Shown piece by piece: positions 48,203 to 56,269 of a DNA stretch of 64,000 bases. The position numbers and the translations under genes are program-made. Below the pieces are notes generated by a model that had not been told where the DNA came from, ran no database searches, and was given only the letters and a program-made list of their open reading frames with translations. Each line of letters begins with the position of its first letter. Position 1 is the first letter of the stretch. The DNA comes from an uncultured Candidatus Saccharibacteria bacterium (lineage in GTDB: Bacteria > Patescibacteriota > Minisyncoccia > Phycocordibacterales > JAKFXT01), in contig CAYLPX010000001.1 of the NCBI GenBank assembly GCA_964385825.1, positions 84,493 to 148,492 on the forward strand. Direction: 5' to 3'.

Positions 48203-48906
48203 CTAGTCGTTGTTAGTATTTATTTCGGCTAAGCATTTCTTCTGAAGGAAGTCATAGTCTATTTTTTCACAGAGTCTTGCATTTTTAGTATGGATGGCAA
48301 TATTTCCATAGCAATTATTTTTTGCTATTTCGTAAGCACCATAGTGTGCTAATGGTCTTGCTTCACATGCTGCGACTTGATTGGTTAAAAGGCCGAAATC
48401 ACTGTAACACTGGTCTATAGCATCTTCCTGAGTTGTGGTCATAATTTTCTGCCTTTTTTCTTCAGATCTGCTCATAAATCCTTCACCACTTTGATCGCAT
48501 AAATGCATGTCATTTTTTGCAATCGCAACTGCTCGTATGCAATCTTCCTTTAAGTATCCATTTGTAAAAGTTTTACAAACACTAACAGAATTCATTTTAC
48601 TTGCAACTGATACTTGGCACTGTCCTTGCGCAAGCGAGGTTTTCCCAATAGGAAAATCAGAATCAAGCAAAACATAAGGAGTGGGAGCTGAACATTGATA
48701 AAATTCTTTCTCAATTTGAGATCCCACAGCTGCAGCATCATAGCCCGAATTACTAAGAATATTATTAATTACAGTATCTGCTACAATAGTGCTATTTTCC
48801 TTAGCCGCTACGATATTTAGTTTATAAGGTTTTGAAGAATATCTTATATAAAAAAAGTGCTTACAAAAATAATTGCAACTAAGGTTAGTAAAATATTTTT
48901 CTTCAT
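48203..48906 (-). pseudogene. secreted Cys-rich protein gene interrupted at a T7 homopolymer (signal-peptide ORF 48844..48906 is -1 out of frame with the body 48203..48727)
   Basis: MKKNILLTLVAIIFVSTFF then a stop. The body frame (YIRYSSKPYKLNIVAAK...GSQIEKEFYQC...) is open across the tract. One extra T, or a -1 slip on T TTT TTT, fuses them. Confidence 0.4.
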
Positions 48907-48909
48907 ACT

Positions 48910-50664
48910 TTAGTTGAGTACTGCTTTGATACGACGAACACCAGCTGAAACTGCTTCTTCTTTTTGGATACTAAAAGCACCAAGGGTTCCGGTATTTTCT
49001 ACATGGGGACCACCACAGAACTCTAAACTGAAGTCCCCTATTTTGTAGACGCGTACTGTGTCACCATACTTTTCTTCAAAGAGTCCGATAGCTCCCTTCT
49101 TCTCAGCTTCGTCTTTCGGTAGATCTTCAAAGGTAACTGGTAGTCCTGCTTTAATTTGTTCATTCACCAATACTTCCACGGCCCTTTTTTGTTCATCAGT
49201 CATTTTCTCTGGGTGGGCAAAGTCAAAGCGAAGACGCTCGGTAGTAATGTTGCTTCCCTTCTGGGCAACGTGTTCACCAAGGATAGTTTTAAGTGCTTTG
49301 TGTAGTAGATGAGTTGCGGTGTGGTATTTTACGGATTGCTCGCTGGTATCAGCAAGACCACCTTTAAACTTTTTCTCCGAGCCCATGCGAGAAATGTCTT
49401 GGTGTTTTTGCATTTCTTCTTTAAACCCCTCCTCATCTATTGCAATACTGCGCTCATGAGCCAGCTCTCGAGTCATTTCAAATGGGAATCCATACGTGGA
49501 GAAAAGCTTGAAAGCTTCTTTTCCGGTAATCTTTCCGGTTGAAAGTTTAGTAAACTCTTTCATGCCATCAAGGAGGGTACGACGAAACCGTTTTTCTTCT
49601 TCCAATATTTCTTCTCGGATGACATTGCTTTCACTTTCAAGGTTTGGATAAGTTACTTTGTATTTTTCAATAACTGGGGCAACGAGGTGAGCGATATCGC
49701 CTTCTTTAAACTTTAAAATATCAGCAAAGCGGATGGCACGACGCAAAAGTCGGCGAAGTATGTACCCTTGATCAGTATTGGATGGTCGTACTCCATCAGC
49801 AATAAGGAAAACGCTGGTACGAATATGATCAGCCACTACGCGTATTGCTTTAACATCATGTTCTAGGGCGAAGTCTTCAATTTTCTGGATAAGAGGTTCA
49901 AAGATATCGGTATCATAGGCTGTTTTCTTGCGCTGCATAACAGCGGTAATGCGCTCAAGCCCAGCCCCCGTATCTACATTTTGTTGTGTGAGCTTTCCAA
50001 CAACCTTACCACCCTCTTTCTTGTACTCCATGAATACATCGTTCCAAATCTCAATAACATCTTCACGTTTCATGGCTGCAAGAAAAGCTTCTTTGTCTAA
50101 GTCGCCAAGACCCTTTTCAGTCATGTCGTAGAACATTTCCGTATCTGGTCCACAGGGGCCATTATCCCCTGGACTCCACCAATTATCTTCGGCAGGCAAA
50201 AAGTAAATACGCGCTTCGGGTATGCCGAGGGATTTCCAAATAGCCGGAGCTTCTTCGTCACGCGGAGCATTATTGTCTCCTTCAAATACAGTTACATACA
50301 GGCGTGTTGGATCAAGACCAAGTCCCTCTTCTTTTGAGGTAAGGAATTCAAAACTCCATGTGATAGCATCTTTTTTAAAATAATCGCCGAGTGACCAGTT
50401 CCCCATCATTTCAAAAAAAGAAAAGTGTCGCAAATCACCAATGTCTTCAAGATCACCAGTTCGGACACACTTTTGAACGTCAGCAATGCGCTTACCTAAA
50501 GGGTGTGGCGCCCCCATCAAAAAAGGTACCAGTGGTTGCATTCCGGCAGTATTAAAAAGCACTGAAGGGTCATTTTCCGGTACTAAAGAGGCTGAGGCGA
50601 TAATGGCGTGCCCTCTTTTTTTAAAAAAATCTAGGAACCGGGAGCGGATTTCGTTGGATTGCAT
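48910..50664 (-). CDS. alaS: alanine--tRNA ligase, short form (584 aa; catalytic, tRNA-recognition and editing-core domains; no C-Ala domain)
   Basis: N-terminal class II core FLDFFKKRGH, and the editing motif HTATHLLHKAL. Confidence 0.85.
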   Translation of the reverse strand: MQSNEIRSRFLDFFKKRGHAIIASASLVPENDPSVLFNTAGMQPLVPFLMGAPHPLGKRIADVQKCVRTGDLEDIGDLRHFSFFEMMGNWSLGDYFKKDAITWSFEFLTSKEEGLGLDPTRLYVTVFEGDNNAPRDEEAPAIWKSLGIPEARIYFLPAEDNWWSPGDNGPCGPDTEMFYDMTEKGLGDLDKEAFLAAMKREDVIEIWNDVFMEYKKEGGKVVGKLTQQNVDTGAGLERITAVMQRKKTAYDTDIFEPLIQKIEDFALEHDVKAIRVVADHIRTSVFLIADGVRPSNTDQGYILRRLLRRAIRFADILKFKEGDIAHLVAPVIEKYKVTYPNLESESNVIREEILEEEKRFRRTLLDGMKEFTKLSTGKITGKEAFKLFSTYGFPFEMTRELAHERSIAIDEEGFKEEMQKHQDISRMGSEKKFKGGLADTSEQSVKYHTATHLLHKALKTILGEHVAQKGSNITTERLRFDFAHPEKMTDEQKRAVEVLVNEQIKAGLPVTFEDLPKDEAEKKGAIGLFEEKYGDTVRVYKIGDFSLEFCGGPHVENTGTLGAFSIQKEEAVSAGVRRIKAVLN

Positions 50665-50688
50665 AATAGAGAGATTTTACCACATTGG

Positions 50689-51252
50689 TTAGTTGGGTAA
50701 AAATGCCGCTTTGGCTTGCGTTAAAACCTCTCTATGCATCATCACGAGTGGAGCTTCTTTGCCAAGTTTTTCTTCAATGATTGCAAAAACCTCATCATGG
50801 AACCAGGCATATTGCGTAGGGTCCTTAATCAAAATCTTCTCAGGGTTTTCAAGAGCGCTTAAAAGATTATGGATTTTGTCAGCCGAAGCAATGAGCGCAG
50901 TATCTTCCCCAGCGTTTTTTAATTTCCCTATATAGAGCTCTTTGCGTGCACGCCATGAGGAGAGATGCTTATCCTTTTTTAAAAGTTCAGTCACGGTTAA
51001 AACTAGAGAGGCCACACGCTTACCTAAGTGCTCTTCTATTTTTTGTAAGGGATAATCAGTGTCCTCAAGTATGTCGTGGAGGAGGGCGGCTGAGATCACC
51101 TCTTCATCGGTACTGTGGTTACTTACCATACTCGCAACTGAGTAGAGGTGGCTGACATAAGGTAGTGGGTAATCATAGGCAGCGCGGTATATGCCGTCGT
51201 GGGCAGCCGTAGCTATTTTAATCGCTTTTTCTATTCTGGGAGTGTAATTCAT
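50689..51252 (-). CDS. HD-domain phosphohydrolase, RelA/SpoT-type (p)ppGpp hydrolase-like
   Basis: AAHDGIYR...HLYSVASMV...ALLHDILEDT matches the Rel/Spo HD domain signature. The start is taken 4 nt after the UDG stop. Confidence 0.6.
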   Translation of the reverse strand: MNYTPRIEKAIKIATAAHDGIYRAAYDYPLPYVSHLYSVASMVSNHSTDEEVISAALLHDILEDTDYPLQKIEEHLGKRVASLVLTVTELLKKDKHLSSWRARKELYIGKLKNAGEDTALIASADKIHNLLSALENPEKILIKDPTQYAWFHDEVFAIIEEKLGKEAPLVMMHREVLTQAKAAFLPN

Positions 51253-51256
51253 TAGG

Positions 51257-51862
51257 TTAAAGGAATTGCTGGAGTATAGAAAAGTCACGTTTCAGTTCAT
51301 CCTTTGTTTTATTGTTATACACGGCAACAGCTGGATGGTAAAGGGGAATGATTTTGACTTCTCCATAGGAAGTTTGAGCTTTGAACACTTTGCCGTGAAT
51401 TTTACTAATGGGTGCAAGGTCACTTTCGAGGTTGAATTTTTCCATAATGTACTTCATGGAATATCGACCTAAGGTAGCTAAAACCTTTGGCTTGATGATA
51501 GTAATTTGTCTATCAAGAAATGGGCCATAGACAGATATTTCTTTTGGTGTCGGGTCACGGTTTTCTGGCGGTCGGTCTTTTACAATATTAGTTATATATA
51601 CTTTTTCACGTGGGAGTTTAATAGAAGCTAGTAGTTCGTCGAGCACACGGCCAGAGGCCCCGCAAAATGGTTTTCCCGTTAGGGCTTCGTTTTTACCAGG
51701 AGCTTCACCTATAAACATAATGGAAGTATCAAAACTTCCTTCGCCGATGACGGGGAACACTTTATTTTTAATACGTTCGGCATAAAGAGGAGAGTTTTTA
51801 AGCACTAAAATTTCATCAGAAATTTCTTTCATATAAAGCTCCTTTTCCTCCCTTTTTTTCAT
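51257..51862 (-). CDS. uracil-DNA glycosylase, family 4
   Basis: GEAPGKNEALTGKPFCGASG motif. Confidence 0.8.
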   Translation of the reverse strand: MKKREEKELYMKEISDEILVLKNSPLYAERIKNKVFPVIGEGSFDTSIMFIGEAPGKNEALTGKPFCGASGRVLDELLASIKLPREKVYITNIVKDRPPENRDPTPKEISVYGPFLDRQITIIKPKVLATLGRYSMKYIMEKFNLESDLAPISKIHGKVFKAQTSYGEVKIIPLYHPAVAVYNNKTKDELKRDFSILQQFL

Positions 51863-51895
51863 AGGGTTAGTATACCAAAATGTAAAACCCGCTTG

Positions 51896-52336
51896 TTAGG
51901 CGGGTCTTCCTCCGTGGTCGCGGTTTGGTCGGCAGGGTGAACTTACGCGGTCCGGTCCCGCGTGTCCAGTTGCCGGGTTGGCGGCGATTGCCACACCGTC
52001 AGTGCGGCGCCGCGGTGGATCACGTGAATGGGACATGGGACGCTCGACTTTTCGAGTGACTGCGAAAGCTTCTACGGTCAAAAGGGAAATGTCAGGCGAT
52101 GGTAACACTGGCAGATCGAAGCCAAGGCGAAGCTCGTGCTCCTGCTTTGGCTCGGACTCAGTGAGTACCACTACTGGCAAGTTCGTCAGCTCTTTGATGA
52201 GCCTTAATTCTTGCCCGCCTTCGAGCGTTTGCGCGTCAACAATGACTTGTATGCCGCGCATATGTGCGAGAGCCTCTAGGGCTGCCAAATCAAACGGCCC
52301 AAGAAGGCCGCTACTGATGAGCAATACGCGCATCAT
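51896..52336 (-). CDS. hypothetical protein (146 aa), GC-rich. N-terminal part weakly resembles a degenerate receiver domain, followed by an Arg/Pro-rich tail.
   Basis: ATG ATG at 52336 with AAGGAGG 4 nt upstream. Promoter TTGTCA-17-TATGCT (minus strand, 52375-52403). Terminator hairpin at 51887-51905. PVVVLT-like block is present but the acidic pocket (DD) is absent. Confidence 0.4.
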   Translation of the reverse strand: MMRVLLISSGLLGPFDLAALEALAHMRGIQVIVDAQTLEGGQELRLIKELTNLPVVVLTESEPKQEHELRLGFDLPVLPSPDISLLTVEAFAVTRKVERPMSHSRDPPRRRTDGVAIAANPATGHAGPDRVSSPCRPNRDHGGRPA

Positions 52337-52438
52337 GGTGCCTCCTTTGTGGGTTGTGTACGAAACTAAAAAAGAGCATACCAGCAAAGCCCCCTTTTGA
52401 CAAGGAGATACGGTATAAGGAAGGTGCAAGCACAATAC

Positions 52439-52472
52439 AGTACGCATTCTCCCAATTGGGAGAATGCGTACT
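52439..52472. promoter_or_regulatory. perfect 34-bp palindrome agtacgcattctccc-aatt-gggagaatgcgtact upstream of the GC-rich gene promoter
   Basis: 15-bp arms with a 4-nt centre, read directly. There is no adjacent U run on the minus strand, so it is more likely an operator or protein-binding site than a terminator. Confidence 0.5.
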
Positions 52473-52516
52473 AAAATATTCCTTTTTTTATAAACTATAA
52501 ACTTCTCTGATACAAA

Positions 52517-52786
52517 CTACTTTATCGCTCCTTCTGCTTTAAGTAAGGCTCTCTTTTTCTCGGGGCCACCGCGGTTGTATTCTCCGATCTTGCCGTCACT
52601 CCGTATAACGCGGTGGCATGGCACAGAGGGGTCGTAATTATTTTTCATAATGGTTCCAACGGCCCTAGCCGCACCAGGATTACCAGCGTGCAGAGCAACC
52701 GCTCCGTAAGTCATAGTTTTCCCTTTGGGGATACTTCTAACCACTTTACGTACCCGTTCTTCAAAAAGAGTCTCTTGTTTTTTCAT
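52517..52786 (-). CDS. methylated-DNA--protein-cysteine methyltransferase, DNA-binding/catalytic domain only (89 aa)
   Basis: The PCHRVI active-site motif is retained. Confidence 0.75.
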   Translation of the reverse strand: MKKQETLFEERVRKVVRSIPKGKTMTYGAVALHAGNPGAARAVGTIMKNNYDPSVPCHRVIRSDGKIGEYNRGGPEKKRALLKAEGAIK

Positions 52787-52789
52787 AGC

Positions 52790-53569
52790 TTACTTTTTCT
52801 TGCGCAAATTCGCATCAGCCATGGCAGCTGCTTTGCGATAGGCACAGTATTGGCAGGTCTCACTGGGGTTTGGTAATTTTTCTTCTAGCAAACACTGTTT
52901 AATTTGTTTTAGTGTTTCTGGAATCCAGGATGGATCTCCTTTGTATGGTAACAGCACTACATCAAACTCTAGTTTGGCATCAAAGGCTTCCCTATCCTGC
53001 TTACCATTTACATACACAAAGTAACCAGTCTCTGATACTTTGAAGCCATTCTGTCTAAAGAGCCACTGATAGACTTCCATTTGCCTCTTGTATCCTATCT
53101 GCCATTCAGCATCGAGGTTTATTTCAGCCTCAGCGTCAGCCTTACTAGTTGCTTTGTAGTCAGCAATAATAAGTTCACCTTCTGGGTTTACCCACACATC
53201 ATCTATCCCACCGCGGATAATAAGATTTAGTTCCTTATCTAAATATTTTATGCCGTTGCGAAGGGCATCACGCCATTCATCCATACGATCGTCTTGTAGC
53301 GGCACAGCATCAAGGCCGTAGCTCTCAAGTAATGGATGCTTACTCTGAGCTTTGCGATGAATATCAAATTCTTTTTTAAGTAAGGCATCAACGGCATTGT
53401 TAAGGGTGAAGGGAAAAGAATCTGGTCGACCTATACCAAGTCGGCGATCAAGATAAAAGCAGCGAGCACACTCAAGAAAGAGGTCGATTTTGCTACGAGA
53501 AAGTTCAAAGGGCTCCTTACTTTCTGGATTAAATATTTTGTAAGTTTTAACTTTATAGAGAAATGCCAT
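52790..53569 (-). CDS. PD-(D/E)xK nuclease with Cas4-like Cys4 cluster (RecB-family exonuclease fold)
   Basis: GGIDDVWVNPEGELIIADYKAT gives a D...E.K core. Cys pairs CARC (N-terminal) and CQYC (C-terminal) match the Cas4/AddB Fe-S arrangement. Confidence 0.55.
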   Translation of the reverse strand: MAFLYKVKTYKIFNPESKEPFELSRSKIDLFLECARCFYLDRRLGIGRPDSFPFTLNNAVDALLKKEFDIHRKAQSKHPLLESYGLDAVPLQDDRMDEWRDALRNGIKYLDKELNLIIRGGIDDVWVNPEGELIIADYKATSKADAEAEINLDAEWQIGYKRQMEVYQWLFRQNGFKVSETGYFVYVNGKQDREAFDAKLEFDVVLLPYKGDPSWIPETLKQIKQCLLEEKLPNPSETCQYCAYRKAAAMADANLRKKK

Positions 53570-53616
53570 GGAGCAATAGGTAAAGTAATAAGCGGACAAA
53601 CAAAAAGAAAGCAGGC

Positions 53617-54117
53617 TTACTCTATGGGGTCGTGGCGAAGCTTTTCTTCAACTCCCCAGAGGGTAGAGAAGATAAAAAGGGTGAGCAGGGTTGTCATAAC
53701 AGCAATGGTGTAATAACCAAAAGCTACTGCAATACCTATACCATTAGCTACCCACATACCGGCAGCAGTAGTAACTCCTACCACTCTGTTGTCGTGGTAA
53801 ATGATGATTCCTCCACAAAGAAATCCTATACCCATCACAATACCAGCGGCCATACGCATCGGGTCGAAGTTGGTAAAGCCAATGAAGCGTTCTGTAGCGA
53901 GGAGTGAAATAATAACTAGAAGACAGGATCCCAAAGAAACGAAAGCGTATGTACGCATCCCCACCATTTTGTGCGATAGAGTACGCTCGGCTCCAATAAT
54001 GGCTCCAAGCCCCACCGCCGTTACCAGTTTTATAATAAGAGGAAGATTGGTAGTAAGGTAGGTTGCAAATGGTTCTGGGATCATAAATAGTGAGTTAATT
54101 ATAATGTATTTTGACAA
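53617..54117 (-). CDS. MgtC/SapB family membrane protein
   Basis: GAIIGAERTLSHKMVGMRTYAFVSLGS signature and four TM segments. Confidence 0.7.
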   Translation of the reverse strand: MSKYIIINSLFMIPEPFATYLTTNLPLIIKLVTAVGLGAIIGAERTLSHKMVGMRTYAFVSLGSCLLVIISLLATERFIGFTNFDPMRMAAGIVMGIGFLCGGIIIYHDNRVVGVTTAAGMWVANGIGIAVAFGYYTIAVMTTLLTLFIFSTLWGVEEKLRHDPIE

Positions 54118-54938
54118 AGAACCTTTCCTTCTTCAAGTACTTTGTTCATTTTTGCTTCACTCATGCCAAGTTTTTGAAGTGCTTCTCTATTCTCCCCTAC
54201 TGATTTGCAAAGAACAACCCCACCATTTAGGAGGTTAAGCTTCTCCTGCTTGTTTAAGGTAGTAAGACAGGTTATGGGATGTATTCCAGTTTGCTCTATA
54301 AGGTCTTGCAGGTTACCAAAACGTGGATAGGTCCAACTAAGTACCTTCATACCCTTACAATTGGCATACTGTACTGCCTGCTTAGTGAACTTAGTGTTGG
54401 TGATAAGCCATGCTTCGTCCACCGGTCGCTCGCCGCGCTCCGCTCGATACTTTTTAATATCGTCAATGCGAGAGTTTACATAGAGAGCCACTTTAACATC
54501 AGATTTAATACCGAGTTGGTTGTGATACTTTACTTCTCCCAAGATAGATTTTTGTTCATTTTCAGCCACTAGGTCTACTTCATGTTCCACGCAGGAGCCT
54601 TGGAGTACGACACCAGTTTCAACTTTAAAGCCCTTGGCCTTAAATATTTCTCCTATAAAATCCTCAAAAGGAAATCCTGATGGACCGAGCTCCATAACCG
54701 CACGTTTTAGTGAGTAACGCATAGCTGCAGGCTTTTCCAGTGAGCGTAAGTGGTCATAGGCTAGTTTGTAGATTAGGCCGGTAGGCATGCCGGGTTTTAT
54801 CTCGCTTTTGACCAGCTTAACGACAGCTGTAATTGATTTGTCATTAGCGCCAGAGCGGTGGAGGGAGTGAATGAGCTTGCTTACATCGAAAGCTTCTAGC
54901 TCACCATTTTCTTTCATGACGAGAAGTGGTTTTTTCAT
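54099..54938 (-). CDS. ATP-cone domain fused to a restriction-endonuclease (Mrr-like PD-(D/E)xK) domain
   Basis: An N-terminal ATP-cone (as in NrdR, about 90 aa) is followed by FEDFIGEIFKAKGFKVE...EVDLVAENEQKSILGEVKYH. Confidence 0.55.
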   Translation of the reverse strand: MKKPLLVMKENGELEAFDVSKLIHSLHRSGANDKSITAVVKLVKSEIKPGMPTGLIYKLAYDHLRSLEKPAAMRYSLKRAVMELGPSGFPFEDFIGEIFKAKGFKVETGVVLQGSCVEHEVDLVAENEQKSILGEVKYHNQLGIKSDVKVALYVNSRIDDIKKYRAERGERPVDEAWLITNTKFTKQAVQYANCKGMKVLSWTYPRFGNLQDLIEQTGIHPITCLTTLNKQEKLNLLNGGVVLCKSVGENREALQKLGMSEAKMNKVLEEGKVLCQNTL

Positions 54939-54951
54939 TTACTGTAGTATA

Positions 54952-54986
54952 GCAAAAAAAATGCCCGGCGCAGAACTCGCGCCGGG
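54952..54986 (-). terminator. strong minus-strand intrinsic terminator (cccggcgc-agaactc-gcgccggg plus a U8 run)
   Basis: Read directly. It terminates the transcript coming from mnmA. Confidence 0.65.
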
Positions 54987-55195
54987 ACTTGCTCGTTTTG
55001 AGGCTTGATTCAGCCTCTTTGCGTGTTGCATGCACTGATTGCGACAAGGGCCGCAAGGGTGCAGAGCAGAAAGAACGACCTGTACTGTGCAGGGCAGACC
55101 ATCCCCGCCGGGCCACATTGATACGTTTGGGGGCCTGTGGAAAGCCCCCCGATTCCTGCGTGCATGCCCATCTCCTTTGTGTTGAGACTTTTTTA
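54987..55195 (-). other. 209-nt GC-rich structured element between the mnmA stop and the terminator (3' UTR or independent sRNA)
   Basis: There is no plausible ORF; the candidates overlap mnmA or are low-complexity. Hairpins include gaggct-tgattc-agcctc and gggggc-tttccaca-gccccc. Local GC is clearly above flanking DNA. Confidence 0.3.
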
Positions 55196-56263
55196 TTATA
55201 CACCAGCTTCTAAAATAGCTCCACCAAGACATATATCTCCTTGATAAAAAACAACTGATTGGCCGATGGGGGCAAGGAGTGGCTCTTTGAAGGTGACAGT
55301 TTTGTTTTCAGTGTTTAGGATGGCAGGATAAAAATCGCCATGGTACCTAATTTGCGCTTCACAAGTTATTTCTTTCTCCCTATTTCCGCGAAGTATCAGA
55401 TTGCTTAGCTTGTAGTGTGAAGTATTGCTAGTAGCTTCCTCGGGGTTTTCTGAAACGGTTATGGTATTTTTCTCTATATCTTTCGCAATCACATAGTATG
55501 GTTTATCGAGGGTTGTTTTTTTAGTGATAGTAAAACCATGTCGCTCCCCCAGAGTATATAGCACAGACCCCTCATGAGTTCCTATGTCTTCTCCCTGTTC
55601 GTTTAGTACTAAGCCTTCACTTGTTGTAATGAAGTGCTTTAGAAAACTTTTCATATCAACATTGCTTACAAAGCAGAGGCCTTGGCTGTCCTTTTTGGTT
55701 GCTGTTACAAGATTAGCCCTTTCAGCAATTTTGCGAACTTCACTTTTTAACATTCTCCCAACGGGAAATAGGGTGTGAGCAAGAATGTCCTCAGTAAGTG
55801 TCCAGAGGAAGTAGACTTGATCTTTACCCGCATCTTTTGCCTTGAGTAACTCTAACTGTGGACTAATTTGTACGTAGTGGCCAGTTGCAACAAAATCAGC
55901 ACCCTCATTCCTAGCCCAATTATAAAAAGCCCCGAACTTTACTTCTTTGTTACAAAAGACATCAGGGTTTGGGGTCCTACCCTTTTGGTATTCAGCGAGG
56001 AGGTAATCAATTACTCCTTCTTTGTATTCCTTCTCTAAGTCTAGGGTTTTAAAAGGAATATTGAGCTTGGCGGCTACACGCATGGCGTCCAGTCGATCTT
56101 CCCTCCAGGTGCAGGGCACAAAATCTGGCTGCCAGACTTTTATGAACACACCAGTGACGTCATACCCAGCTTTTTTGAGCAGGTAGGCTGAAACAGAGCT
56201 GTCCACTCCGCCTGAGAGTCCCACATATACTTTTTTTCCTCGTCCTTCTTTCATGCGAGGCAT
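55196..56263 (-). CDS. mnmA: tRNA-specific 2-thiouridylase MnmA
   Basis: PP-loop SGGVDSS and full-length MnmA similarity. Confidence 0.9.
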   Translation of the reverse strand: MPRMKEGRGKKVYVGLSGGVDSSVSAYLLKKAGYDVTGVFIKVWQPDFVPCTWREDRLDAMRVAAKLNIPFKTLDLEKEYKEGVIDYLLAEYQKGRTPNPDVFCNKEVKFGAFYNWARNEGADFVATGHYVQISPQLELLKAKDAGKDQVYFLWTLTEDILAHTLFPVGRMLKSEVRKIAERANLVTATKKDSQGLCFVSNVDMKSFLKHFITTSEGLVLNEQGEDIGTHEGSVLYTLGERHGFTITKKTTLDKPYYVIAKDIEKNTITVSENPEEATSNTSHYKLSNLILRGNREKEITCEAQIRYHGDFYPAILNTENKTVTFKEPLLAPIGQSVVFYQGDICLGGAILEAGV

Positions 56264-56269
56264 CTTACC

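Noticed and set aside
51896-52337. Calling the GC-rich 146-aa protein a genuine response regulator
   Set aside because: The conserved acidic pocket (DD) is missing and the domain is too short, so only a receiver-like resemblance is noted.
54939-55232. Minus-strand ORFs 54939..55232 and 54901..55203
   Set aside because: They overlap mnmA and the ATP-cone gene, give low-complexity basic translations and have no SD. The region is treated as non-coding.
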